Of a stretch of 64,000 nucleotides of DNA, positions 11,770 through 25,677 are shown piece after piece. The notes under the pieces are model-generated. The model was given only the letters and a program-made list of their open reading frames with translations, was not told the DNA's origin and ran no database searches. Each line of letters begins with the position of its first letter. Positions within the stretch are counted from its first letter, which is position 1. A program made the position numbers and the translations under genes. Origin of the DNA: the human T2T-CHM13v2.0 reference genome, Homo sapiens; the NCBI RefSeq assembly GCF_009914755.1, contig NC_060930.1; one strand, 5' to 3'.

Positions 11770-12290
11770 GAAGTGGTTGAGTGCACTAACTTTGGACATG
11801 CACAGATCTGAGTTCCATCTCTGATTCTGCTGCTTGTCAACTGTGTGTCCCTGGTAAAATCGGATAACCTTCTGAGCTCCAATTTCCTTATTTGAAAATT
11901 AGAATACCAACTTTAGGCAAGGCGCCAGTAATCCCAGCATTTTGGGAGGGTGAGGTAGGTGGATCACTTGAAGTCAGGAGTTTGCGAACAGCCTAGACAA
12001 CATAGCGAAACCCTGCGTCTACTAAAAATACAAAAATTAGCCAGGTGTGGTGGTGCATGCCTGTAATCCCAGCTACTCAGGAGGCTGAGGCAGGAGAGTC
12101 GCTTGACTTGGGAGGCGGAGGCTGCAGTGAACTGAGATTGCGCCACTACACTCCAGGTGGGGTGACAAAGTGAGACCCTGTATCAAAAAAAAAAAAAAAA
12201 AAGAATACCAACTTTAGAGGGTTGTAAAGACTAAATAATATGCATAAAGGGCTTAGCAGAATGCGTGGCACACAGGCTCAATCAATACAT
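11770..12290 (+). mobile_element. MIR interrupted by an Alu
   Basis: MIR core (CTGTGTGTCCCTGGTAAA..AACCTTCTGAGCTCCAATTTCC) continues after the Alu (GGGTTG..TAATATGCATAAAGGGCTTAGCAGAATGC). Confidence 0.75.
11916..12201 (+). mobile_element. AluS/J with perfect TSD
   Basis: TSD AGAATACCAACTTTA at 11901-11915 and 12202-12216; short deletion at the 5' end. Confidence 0.95.
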
Positions 12291-12428
12291 GTTCCGCGGA
12301 CAGCTCTCAGAATGAATAACTGTATCATGCTAATTTCACAATTTGAGGATGAAAGATGGAAAGGAATCTAAAATAACACAGATTTTAGGACAAGGTTTCT
12401 GATTAACCTACTGATCACATCAGAATAA

Positions 12429-12782
<354 letters not shown>

Positions 12783-12824
12783 TGTTTTTTAACTAAAATC
12801 TAGAGGTTCATGACCACATTACAC

Positions 12825-12945
12825 TGCTGGAGAACCTCATTTTAAGAACAAGCTGTTTTCCAAGAGTTTGGTTGCCGGTAGGCTGTTTGGAAATTAAAAA
12901 AATATATATTTCAAATAGAAACAATGTTAAAATTGGTGAGGACAT
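12825..12945. mobile_element. Tigger-like TcMar fossil (MamRep434-like)
   Basis: GAACAAGCTGTTTTCCAAGAGTT..CTGTTTGGAA..ATAGAAACAATGTTA matches my recall of this family; a related fragment lies at ~18227-18310. Confidence 0.45.
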
Positions 12946-13099
12946 CCTCAGGCAAGGCTAGGCCATAGCATTATATATACATATACATAGCATTATATAT
13001 ACACATAACACTAGGGATACAATGTAGCTGAATTGATGTAGCTGTAGTGAGTTGTTCCTCTCCCAGCCTCCTGTGGACAGAACTCAGAGGTACATTCTG

Positions 13100-13468
13100 T
13101 TTCTTTTCGTTTCTTTTATTTCCTTTTTTCCTCTCCTTTCCTTTTTTCCTTTCCTTTTCTTTTCTTTTCTTTTTTTTTTTTCTGAGACAGAGTCTTGCTC
13201 TGTTGCCCAGGCTGGGGTGCAGTGGTGCAGTCTCAGCTAACTGCAACCTCCACCTCCCAGATTCAAGCAATTCTCCTGTCTCAGCCTCCTGAGTAGCTGG
13301 GATCCCAGGTGTGCATCACCACACTCAGCTAATTTTTGTATTTTTAGTAGAGAGATGGGGGTTTCACCATGTTGGCCAGGCTGGTCTTGAACTCCTGACT
13401 TCAGGTGATCTGCCCATCTCAGCTTCCCAAAGTGCTTGGATTACAGGCGTAAGCCACCACGCCCCAGC
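13100..13468 (-). mobile_element. AluS (Sx/Sz-like) with expanded pyrimidine-rich tail
   Basis: Body 13182-13468; CT-rich tail 13100-13181. Confidence 0.95.
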
Positions 13469-13569
13469 CCTCATTCTGTTTCTAACCTGCTCAGACATTT
13501 ATGTCTCTCCTTCACTTTTGGGACTCAGATTCCCTGGCATAGGAATCTGGACACCACCTTTTTTTTCTT

Positions 13570-13915
13570 CACCAAGCCCACATGGCTCCTTCAGTCACCC
13601 CACATCTTGTTTCTTCACATGCCTCAGCCTTTGCACAGTGCATTCTTGCTGCCTAGAAGGCCTTCTCTGCCTCCTGTTTTCCCTTTCCCCATACTTCACC
13701 TGGAAAAACTTCAACTCATCCTTTCAACACAAGAAACTGCCCCCTCTTCTGTGTTTCCATGACTTCGCACACCTTCACTATAGCATGGGTCACACTGATT
13801 AGGGATAACTGGGTTGAACCCCCACCCCTGCCCTGCCAGTCCGGGGACTTTAGCTAGAAACTGTTTGATTTGTCTTGATATAACCACTGCCTAGACTAGG
13901 TCACTGGCCATATAA
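13570..13915 (+). mobile_element. L2 fragment
   Basis: CCTCAGCCTTTGCACA..TTGCTGCCTAGAA..AACTCATCCTT motifs. Confidence 0.6.
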
Positions 13916-13944
13916 TAATAATAAGGAAAAAAGGGTAACAATAA

Positions 13945-14175
13945 CAAACATTTTTAAGTTGCCAGGAACAGTTCTTTAAACGTCTTCTATAGATTTACAC
14001 ATCTGATTTCTTTGGAAAACCTAAAGAGTGGAAACTTGTTTTACAAATGATTAAGCTGAAGCATACAGCAATTAAGCAACTTGCCCGAGGTCGCAGAGCC
14101 AGTAAGTAGACTGAGCTGTAGAGGCAAATAGCTGACATATAAATCCAAGCATTTTGGTTCCAAGCTGAAATTCTT
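13945..14175 (-). mobile_element. MIR
   Basis: TTTTACAAATGA..CTGAAGCATA..TTAAGCAACTTGCCCGAGGTCGCAGAGCCAGTAAGT core. Confidence 0.75.
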
Positions 14176-14241
14176 GTCTATGAATGACCGAATGCATACA
14201 TGTTAGATGTTGGCTGAGCTCTTACAGAACAAAAGGAAAGG

Positions 14242-14570
<329 letters not shown>

Positions 14571-14919
14571 TTAATGGGGTGAAGAAAAAGGAAGAAGAAG
14601 AAGGTGATTTGGGAGAGACAATTACCTCCTGATAGAGGGACACAGCCCTGAGAAGTGGCCCCAGGACCTTTATCCCAGGGAGAGGGCAGTGGTGCCATGG
14701 GCCTCCACCCCAAGGCTACAATGGGGTCCTTAGAAGCTCCAAGGGTCTGTGCCAGGTCTCAGCTGAAGAAAGTAGGTGAGGCCCATCCCTTAGAGAAGGA
14801 GAAGGTCTAGGATGCCTGCTGAAGGCTTCTGAGCAGCTGGTGATGTCAAGAAAGCAGGGTTTCCTTTAACTCCACCTTGAGCACTTGACCATCAGGCCCT
14901 CTGATTAGTCACCTCCATC

Positions 14920-15245
14920 AGCTTGCTCTTCCCTCTGCTCTGCATACAATCTGCTCCTCTTCATCTTTCAGGCTCAGCTTATATGTCACTTCCTTAGAGA
15001 AAGCTGGAAAGTAAACAGCAACAGTGGTATTCAAAGCGGGCCACCACCACCTCCCATGATTCCCTATTTGGGTGCCCTGTTTGTTTCCTTATTTGACGTG
15101 CTTGTCTTCTTGGTCTGTCTTCTCCATGAGACTGTAGCTCCCTGAGTGGCATGATGCATCTCTATTTTACAGTCCAGTCTCCTGTATCCAGCACCTATTT
15201 GGCCTTCAATATAAACTTGTTTGATTAAATAAATGGATAAGTGAT
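14920..15245 (+). mobile_element. L2 3' fragment
   Basis: TCTTTCAGGCTCAGCTT..GTCTGTCTTCTCC..GTAGCTCCCTGAG..GTTTGATTAAATAAATGGA. Confidence 0.65.
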
Positions 15246-15414
15246 TCAGCCTTGGGATGTCATTCCTAATCCTCACTGACTTTTTCCACCTTATCCGTTC
15301 CTCCTCCACCCTCCTCTGTAGATAAGCATTGAAAGAATGTTGGTATTTCCTTCACAGAGGAATTACTCATCCTAGGGAAATGGAATAACCACTTCTCTTC
15401 TGAGGTAATGAAAA

Positions 15415-15640
15415 GAAACGGGTTTTTAGATGGATGGACCTGGGTGCAAATCCTGCCCAGCCATGGTTTATGCATAATACTTGGTCATTTTACTTAATCC
15501 TTCTGGTCTTTTACTCAAAGGGCATCATAGCACGTTTCTTCCAGGATTGTTATGATGTTTGAATGAGAAGATATATGTAAATATGCTTAACATGGAGCCT
15601 ATTACAATAGGGGTTCAATACATTATAGCTGCTGTTATTA
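15415..15640 (+). mobile_element. MIR
   Basis: GACCTGGGTGCAAATCCTG..TTACTTAATCCTTCTG..GATATATGTAAATATGCTTA. Confidence 0.7.
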
Positions 15641-16346
15641 GTATGGATGTTATTTGTCTTGCAATGCAACCAAATTGGGCTTCAGGCCCCTTGTTTTGGC
15701 TGTTATATTTAGCAGGAAAAATTCACAGAAGTGTTAAGAGGGAAGAATAATTCAGTTCTCAAGAAGAGAAAGCTGTTTTTTTCCTTCTCCTTGAATCAGA
15801 AAATCTGTTCTTCATGGTGATAGTTGTGTGAATATCACAATAATATCTGAGTTTATCTTTCCTAGAGTTGGCAAATAAATTGGACCCGAGAATGATGTGT
15901 GGAATTCAGCCTTCACATTGTTTATGCTGTTTCTCATTTGAAAACAGATGTGTCATGGGGATTCATAGCATCTGCTCTTTCTTCTGTGTTTATTTTCTCA
16001 TACATCTCTTCTGTCTCTGACACTAAAATGTAAAGTCCCAGAAGGCAAGGATCTTTGTATCTTCAGTATACCTAATATGACACTTGGCCAATGAGGGTAA
16101 GGGGAGGCATTCAGTAGATATATGTTTTTGATGACAGTACTTTACATGTTTTCAAGTTACCTTGTCCTAATTAAATAGAAGGGCCCAGGGGAAAAGAAGA
16201 TAATAGTATAATGCATATATTTGTTCTATCTAATAACAGTTTAACAGAGATCCAATAACTCAATCTAGAAAAAATCAAAGCAGATTTGCCAGACTTATAT
16301 GATAATGTGGTTTTGTTCTTTATTAAAAAATAAATTTTTATGATAA

Positions 16347-16752
<406 letters not shown>

Positions 16753-17869
16753 TAGTAATTTTTTTTTAACTTTAACAGAACCAGAAGGTTACTCTGCACC
16801 AGGGAAAATGCATTTCCTCTCTCTCTTTCTACCTGTACCTCCCACTTCTGCATTCCACTGCATTATTGGTCAAAGAAAAGCCAAATCTTTATATGGAATT
16901 TTTAACTCATTTCCCAGTTATGCTTAGAATTCAAGATAGATAAACCTAGAGGCAATACAATTCCCAAGTACGGTAAAAATAAAACAGAAGTACAGACAGC
17001 TATTAGTAAACACGTCTTCATCATGAGCTCAATTTCTTACCAAATGAAAATTTCCTCAATCACAGTGGTGAAAGTACTCAGCAATGGAGGCCTCACATTC
17101 CACACCAAAATGAAAGAGACGGAATGCTTGTTTTTGTGGCGAAAAAAATCCCAACACTATTAGTCACTTTTCTAACCAGATGGATAGAATGTTCCATGGT
17201 CTATAGATAATGATGACGACCATGAGTTGGTGAGTGACCTGTGAGATGAGTCAACTGGCGAAGCAGTTGTTTTGACTGCACCAAACCTAGGGAACTCAGA
17301 TGGAAGTGGGTTTGGTATTTTTCTGTCAGAGCTGCCACTTTTGGTGTTGGGAGGGTTCAGGAAGAGGGAACTGAGAATAAGTGATTAGATAGATTTGTGG
17401 CCATGTCTGGGGAAGACAGGGCAAGGCTGATGCTGTTGGGTGGGAGGTGAGGAAGGACTGGGGCTGGCTTGCACACTCTTGTGTCTGCGTTAACCGTTGC
17501 TCTTCTTTTCTGACTGTAAAACACAAGTGAAAGTGTAGGGAAAATGTGTAAGTAAAAGCTATGAAAGATGGCTACTTATGGTTTATGATCCCCAAAAGGA
17601 AAGGGAGAAGAGATACAGGAACTTTGCAGGAGAGAATATGACTGTTTTTATTAAACTGCAAAGGAGAATTTAGAAACAAGAAGAATTTGGCAATTGTCGT
17701 AGGTATCAGTTATTATTTGTTTAAAGAATTGCCAAAAGAATGTTTAGAAGACATAGTTTCATACAAGAAGGAATTCCTAAGAAGCAGACGTTTTAAATAC
17801 TGATGAGTTTAAGAAAAGTTGGTCTGTGATGAAAGGCCTATAAGATATTGTTTACTACGTATAAATACT

Positions 17870-18226
<357 letters not shown>

Positions 18227-18906
18227 TACAGACAGTTCCCAACTTACAAAATGGTGATGCTTTAAAACACTCTTTGTAAGTAGACTGTTTAAAACTTGGA
18301 GTCTACTTCTTTATTCATTCATGTTTATCTTTTTATTCAAAAAGGTTATTTATATAAGAAAGGCACAAGATCAGCTTTTCAGTTTCCAATGTATAAAAAT
18401 AATTCTACTATTTGGTAAAAATGACATAAGTATTTAAAAAAACTACAGTAAGATAAAAGATGAGAATTTCAGAGAGTGAGTGCTCATTGTCCATTAAAAA
18501 AAAAATGGTCTTATTTCCAGTTTGACTTACTGGCTCCTAAATTTTGGGCCAAAGCACTATTCTTACACAACTTGAGAATTTGCTGAGTAATTTATTTAAC
18601 ACTGCCCTAACAGGAAAATACAGCGTGGCTTTTATAAGTTTCCTTTTTAGTGCCTTATAATGAAGTAATCTTTGTAACTTTTTTCCCCCTGAGATTACTT
18701 GCATATCTTTCAGGGATTTTTGAGACTTCCTTTTATATTTTTAGGAAATATCAGTTGTATCAGTTGTAGGAAAAGAAATTACCCTGTAAGTATTGGTTAT
18801 ATACAACCTTTCATAACCAATGTTGATAAGTAAAACAAGTTCAGCTAGTTTTTTTGTTTATACCATGTTGCTTAAAAGTCATTTTCCTCTGGCTGCTTTT
18901 TGATGA

Positions 18907-19150
18907 CATTCATTCATTCAACAAATATTTATTGAGTAATTACTATGCACCAATGTTTTTCTAGGCTCTGGGGATGCAGCATTGAACAAAACACCATGAT
19001 CCTTGCCCAAAGGAATTGAAAATTCGAATGCAGGAGCTAAATAATTATTAGTAAATATTAATAAACACAGGATAATTAGGATAATCTCAGAGGATGCTAT
19101 AAAACAGTATAAATGCTATGAAGAAAAGAGAATGGGGGAGGTGATATGAC
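18907..19150 (-). mobile_element. L2 3' end
   Basis: CATTCATTCATTCAACAAATATTTATTGAG..CTAGGCTCTGGGGATGCAGC. Confidence 0.8.
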
Positions 19151-19529
19151 AAGAGAGATCAAGCAGGTGCATTCACCTATAGTGTTGTGTAACTGTGATT
19201 CTCTATGACTTTTTCATGACCATGTTAATGTCATCACACTCGGGTTTTCCCTGCCTCTGTAGTCATTTAATGAATATTATAACTCTTCTACTCTTGTGAT
19301 TCTCTCCCCTCTTACTCATATTATTTACAGTTTATATTCTTTTTCAGCCATCTCCACCATAAAAATGATGGGCAAAGGAAGAAAGCTTAGGAATATTGAG
19401 GTGAAGATCATCTGTATGTTCAATTTTTCTTTGGTTAGTCCCTTGAGGCAAGTGTTATTTGATAGAAAGAGTGTAGAACATGACAGCAGAAAAAAGGGCT
19501 TTGAATCTTTTCTTTTCTACTTATTATCT

Positions 19530-19843
19530 CTTTTTATTCTTTGTTTATTCTTTTTTTTAGAGCCAAGGCCTCACTCTATCACCTAGGCTGGAGTGCAGTG
19601 GAGTGAGCATAGCTCACTATAGGCTGAAATTCCTAAACTCAAGCGATCCTCTTGCCTCAGCCTCCCCAGTAGCTGGGTCTACAGGCATGTGACACCACAC
19701 CTGGCTAATTTTAAAATTTTTCTTATAGAGATGAGGATTTCACTATGTTGCCCAGGTTACTCTCAAACTCTAAGCTTCAGGCGATCCTCCTGCCTCGGTC
19801 TCCCAAAGTACTTGGATTACAGGCATGAGCCACCGCACTCTGC
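19530..19843 (-). mobile_element. AluJ inserted in a MIR (~19440-19940)
   Basis: Antisense dimer; the MIR core resumes after it (TTACTTAACCTGAGTC..TTGTGAGAT). Confidence 0.9.
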
Positions 19844-20337
19844 TATTAACTTTTACTTAACCTGAGTCATTGTTTTCTTGTCTCCAAATATGGAAAAAAC
19901 AATCTCAGTGACAGGATGTTGTTGTGAGATGTTAACTGAGAAGCAGAGGGCACCCACTGGGCATTCACCCTACATCAAGAGGATGAGGGCTGCAATTGCC
20001 CTTCCAATAACTCTGCCAAAAAAGCAAGAACCAGCCTGTTTTCTAAAAGACCACGGCCACATTGCCATTAATAGAAACATTCAACTTCTAGAGACAACAC
20101 AAAGACCACGTTTGGATGACATAATAGCTCAGAAATAAAAAGTAATCATGTAGATGTGTGGAGTTTGTTCACGCTTCATTGGTGAGAAAGCACACAAACA
20201 AAAAAATCTATACATAGAGAAGAAACACAAAACATTGACTCACTGGAATCTGGGAGGCATCCTTGACCTGCCTTCCTACCTTAGCTCCCACATTCTATGG
20301 ACTGTCAAATCCCATTGATTCTGCTTCTTTCAGGTCT

Positions 20338-20773
20338 CCTTTCCTTCCTTCCTTCCTTCCTTCCTTCCTTCCTTCCTTCCTCCCTCTCCCTCTTTCTTTC
20401 TTTCTTTCTCTCTTTCTTTCTTTCTCTCTCTCTTTCTTTCTTTCTTTCTTTCCTTCTTTCTTTCTTCTTTTTGAAGTTCTTACTCTGTTGCTCAAGCTCT
20501 AGAGTGCAGTGGTGCAATCAGAGCTCACTGCAGCCTCAACCTCCTGGGCTTAGCTGATCCTCCCACCTCAGTCTCCTGAGTAGATGGGATTACAGGTGTG
20601 TGCCACTGCACCCAGCCAGGCGTTTTTTTTTTTTTTTTTTTTTTTTTGGTATATACATATATATATATTAGAGACAGGGTCTCACCATGTTACCCAAGCT
20701 GGTCTCAAACTCCTGAGTTCAAGCCATCCACCCAAAGTACTGAGATTACAGGCATGAGCCACCACACCCAGCC
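20338..20773 (-). mobile_element. AluJ with (TTCC)n/(TTTC)n tail and expanded linker (T25 plus TA repeat)
   Basis: Both arms present; AGGTCTC flanks the whole unit on both sides. Confidence 0.88.
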
Positions 20774-20799
20774 TAGGTCTCTCTTCTGTCCCACAACAC

Positions 20800-21575
20800 A
20801 TTCTCAGCTCATGCTGGCTTCACCTCATCTAGTCTACTCAGTAGCCTCTTCCCTGGTAATCCTGCTTCAGCTCTTTAATCTGTACACCTCTTTTCCCTTA
20901 CCAACACCACCAAAATATTCTAACCCTCTCCCTAGAGTAAGTTTTCTAAAATGCAAATCTAAACATACGACTCTTCCACCTGAATCCACACAAAGCTTCT
21001 TCATGGTCTTCAGTGTAAAGTCCACTCTGGAGCAGCGCATTCACTCTACTGCTGCTCCTTCCGGTCTGCTGTCCTGCAGCCTGGGTGTGCTGCCAGCCAT
21101 GTGCTCTTGAACTTCTGAGCCTTTGTGCAGACAGTTCCTTTTGCTTTGATGGGTTTCCCCATCCCATTTCCCAGCCCAGCTTCATTTAGTTCTTTCAGAC
21201 ACTCTTCCTCAACTTTCCAACCCCATCCTAGTCCCACATGGGTTAGTGCAGGATCAGCTACAGAATTTGAAAGGCCTGGAGCAAAATGAAAATGTGCAAC
21301 TGCGTGTTGAAAAATTATTAAGAATATCAAGATAGTGACCACAGAGTATTAAACTAAGCACTAGGCTCTTGTAAGTGCAGGGTCTGTGCCACAGCATGGG
21401 TCGTATGCCCACAGAGCCAGCCCTGTTAGATTCTCTGCTCAGAGTTTTCATACAACTCAAAATAACACCATTTTTTAACACTATTTAAAGCAACACATTT
21501 TAACTATCTATTTACATATCTGCCTCCTCTTCTAGCTTTGCTCTTTTAAGGTGGGAACCGTGTCTACTTCATTCT
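20800..21575 (+). mobile_element. L2 fragment interrupted by MER45A
   Basis: TTTTCTAAAATGCAAATCTAA, GAGCCTTTGTGCAG and TTTACATATCTGCCTCC motifs. Confidence 0.65.
21249..21425. mobile_element. MER45A (hAT-Tip100)
   Basis: CAGG..CAGCTACA..GCAAAATGAAAATG..AAAAATTATTAAGAAT..GCCAGCCCTG termini. Confidence 0.85.
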
Positions 21576-21577
21576 TA

Positions 21578-22370
<793 letters not shown>

Positions 22371-22399
22371 TACATGCTGTCCTCTAGCTCATTATCATC

Positions 22400-22702
22400 C
22401 TAGAAAAATAATGCAAACCACAGATAGAATTTTATATTATCTAGTAACCTCATTGCACAAGTAAAACAAAACAAGTAAAATTCATTTTAGCAATACAATT
22501 TATTTCACTCAATATATCAAAAATAACATCATTTCAACACGTATTCAATACAAAAATTATTATTGAGACAGCTTACATTCTTTTTTATTTTTGTACTGCC
22601 TTTGAAATACAGTGTGCTTTATTCTTAGAATGTGTCTTAATTCAGACTAGGCAAATTTCAGGTGCTCAATAGCCACCCAGGACTAGTGGCTACCATATTG
22701 AG
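22400..22702. mobile_element. MER33 (hAT-Charlie)
   Basis: TAATGCAAACCACA..ATCATTTCAACA..TTCAGACTAG..TTTCAGGTGCTCAATAGCCAC..CTAGTGGCTACCATATTG. Confidence 0.85.
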
Positions 22703-23924
22703 TGGTTAGGTGAAATTTTTCAAGGATACCAATTCTAAGAACTGTTCAGTGAAAATGGCTGGGAGATCTGCCTATTATATAATCCTCCAGGAGATTCATA
22801 TGAGGGATTCATATATTAAAGTCTTTGAAAAGTCTGCCAGAAATACAATGATTGTACCTTCTGCTTTTCAAACTTGTGTAGCCACAGGACCTTTTGTTCC
22901 TCCAGTGTAATCAATCCCACGCAGTCAGTGCTCCTTTGGACCTGCCTCGGGCATCGCTGCTTCTCTTGTCGGCAAGTTGCCGAAGGATCCTTCCCTAGGC
23001 GGAGATCAGTTAGACCACTTGCATCGCATAGGCCAGGTTGTGGAGAAGGAGACTGGAAACAGAGGTCTGGGAGGATCCAAGCATCAGGAAGAACCACAGA
23101 GGTTCTCATTGTTCCCACCGGTAATTAACTCTTCATTTATAAAAAATGTGAGCTTCCAGGGATTTCATCGGACCTCCTCCCAAGTTGTAGATTTGATGAG
23201 AATGAATTTCCCGTTCATTTTCGTTGCTTTGATCAATAATAAAAACCTCATGAAATAAAGCACTTGTAAAGTCTTATGCAAACATTTTATTGACATGCTC
23301 AATAAAAACCTGTTCACTTTTACTGTTTCCAGTTCTTGAAGATTTAAACAGATTGCCTCTTTGAAGATTTTCTATTTATTTTTTCCTTTTTTTTGTATTT
23401 TCTGCACTCCACTGTTACATTTTCTGTTTGTATCATAATGCCATTTTTTTTCTTTTTCTATAGGAATAAAACAGAAAGTGTAATTATAATCAATGTGTAC
23501 AAAATGTAATGTATTTTTGTCAAAAAATACAAAATCGCAGTAAGGAAAATAAAATTATATGTGCTCCTAAAATATATTTTTCATCTGAAATATTTAAAAT
23601 AATTAAAATTAAAAGTAAAATACAAATTATAATAAATATCTAATAAGAATTTAAATCAAAATTATTTCAACTAGCTAAAATTTTTGTTGAGTTTTTAAAA
23701 AGCCTTTATGATATTTACAAAACACAACTATTTGCAATTTTAATTTTAATATTCACCTATTGCTGATACTAAAATTGGTATCATACTTCACATATTATGT
23801 CTAGACCTATGTAGATACAAATATAAGAGTAATATGAATTGTTTAGTATTGCAAAATGTTCCCCATTCTCCATGAGCAACTATAGAAAATACTGCTCTAA
23901 TTCAAGAGTTCCTCTAGAACCACC

Positions 23925-24585
23925 AAGCCTGCTCTTAATATTTGTGGGGCCTGAAGCAATATGTGAAGACCCACACAACATGTGTCTAAATATTTAGAAG
24001 GTGTAAATCATATTAACAAACAATAACATCAAACATTTTCTATTTCCTAATCTTGTGAATATACGTTGTTGATCTGGAAAGTCACGTTCAAATTTAGAAC
24101 TCTTGGTCTTCTCAGAGAACCATGTCAGAAGGAATAAGTAAAAAAGTGTAAGTAAATCTGTCCTCCAGCCCCCAGCTCTCACTCCTACTTTTCACACCCC
24201 CTTCTCTTGCCACCTTCAGCTCCACCCCCATGTCTTGTGGGATCTTGCATACTTGCATATGGATATCCCAGTCTGCATGTTCAAGCTCTGACCATATCAC
24301 ACACAAACAGCTGCTCTGGGCCATCTCTCAGACTTAGTGGTGTGCAGAGTGGTGGCATAATCAATCGTTAGGAGAAAGGATTCAGGGACGAGGCCCGTAC
24401 AGGTCCTGGCAATGGGCCCAGGACTACTTGTGCAGGGAAATCTAGAGTGGGAAGAGAGATGGGCTTCAGGTAGGCATACCTTGGCCCTCTGTACTACTAG
24501 GCCTGTGAGGAAAGGCACGGCCAGAGGAGGGCCAGGGTGGAGCTTTTTCAGGTACAGGACCAGGGCCAGAATGTGGAGGTGCTAC
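23925..24585. mobile_element. MER115-like (hAT-Tip100)
   Basis: AATATTTGTGGGGCC..ATGTGTCTAAATATTTA..GTTCAAATTTAGAACTCTTGG followed by a GC-richer body. Confidence 0.7.
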
Positions 24586-24681
24586 TAGGAACCATAAATT
24601 AGAATACAAAGAGAAACAGGAAACTGGCACAATTGGGAACCAATATTTTGTTATGCTCTCTGAGAGGAAGAGTTTGGCAAG

Positions 24682-25010
24682 TGTATTAGTTTCCTAAGCC
24701 TGCCATAACAAAATGACTGGGTGGCAAGATCAAAGTGTTGTCAGAGTTGGTTTCTTCTGAAGCCTCTCTTTTTGGCTTGTAGGTGTCTGTCTTCTCCTTG
24801 TGTCTTCATATGGTCTTCCCTCTATGTGTGTCTGTGTCCGAACGTCTTATAAAAAATCAGTCTTATGAGACTAGGGCCAGCTTGAATGATCTCATTTTAA
24901 CTTAATTACATCTTTAAAGACCCTTTCTTCAAATATGGTCACATGCTGAGGTACTGAGGGTTAGGGCTTCAACATAAACATTTGGGGAGAACACCATTTA
25001 ATCTATAACA
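24682..25010 (-). mobile_element. MLT1B-like solo LTR with perfect 5-bp TSD
   Basis: TG...CA termini; GCAAG on both sides (24677-24681, 25011-25015); internal deletion near the start. Confidence 0.9.
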
Positions 25011-25166
25011 GCAAGTTCATTAATTTGTCTTTCCAGTTCCCGAAACACCTGCCTGCTGAAATTCCTCTGCAATGTGAAGGAAGCAGTGTTTTTCTCTTAT
25101 GTAGGTAATGACCCAACCTACAATTTAATAGCTTTCAGATAGTTGCCTTTTGTTTGGAGAATGGTT

Positions 25167-25478
25167 TTCTTTTCTTTCCTTTTTTTTATTTTGAAACAGA
25201 GTCTCTCTCTGTCAAGAGGCTAAAGGCTGAAGTGCAGTGGCGCGATCTCGGCTCACTGCAACCTCCGCCTCCCCGGTTCAAGAGATTCTCCTGCCTCAGC
25301 CTCCTGAGTAGCTGGGACTACAAGCACGCGCCACTACGCCCAGCTAATTTTTGTATTTTTAGTAGAGACAGGGTTTCACCATGTTGGCCAGGATGGTCTC
25401 CATCTCTTGACCTCGTAATCCGCCTGCCTTGGCCTCCCAAAGTGCTGGGATTACAGGTGTGAGCCACCGTGCCCATCC
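25167..25478 (-). mobile_element. AluSc-like
   Basis: GGATGGTCTC..TCTCTTGACCTCGT diagnostics; TSD TGTTTGGAGAAT(G/C)GTT at 25151-25166 and 25479-25494. Confidence 0.95.
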
Positions 25479-25646
25479 TGTTTGGAGAATCGTTAAGGGA
25501 AGAGATGTGGAGAAGACAAATGGAGATGTGTTTCCCTGGGGTTTGAATACTGTTAGTCATGAGAGTGGATGTTTGGGATTGAGTTGACTCTTCTAATGCT
25601 AAGCATCAGGTCCTGAATGACAGAGGAACCATGTGTTCTTCAACCA

Positions 25647-25648
<2 letters not shown>

Positions 25649-25676
<28 letters not shown>
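25649..25676. repeat. (TG)14 microsatellite
   Basis: Direct count. Confidence 0.97.

Positions 25677-25677
<1 letters not shown>

Noticed and set aside
19940-19954. CTCF-like GAAGCAGAGGGCACC; similar partial matches at ~10988, ~48180 and ~53236
   Set aside because: Missing key core positions; expected by chance in 64 kb
20263-20557. Low-complexity ORFs (FLPSFLPS / RKEGRKE), also at 8425-8847, 12971-13292 and 43503-43750
   Set aside because: Stop-free frames generated by microsatellites
22710-23258. Overlapping 66-100 aa ORFs on both strands as a CDS or processed pseudogene
   Set aside because: No recognisable protein similarity, no poly(A) plus TSD; kept only as a non-coding exon candidate
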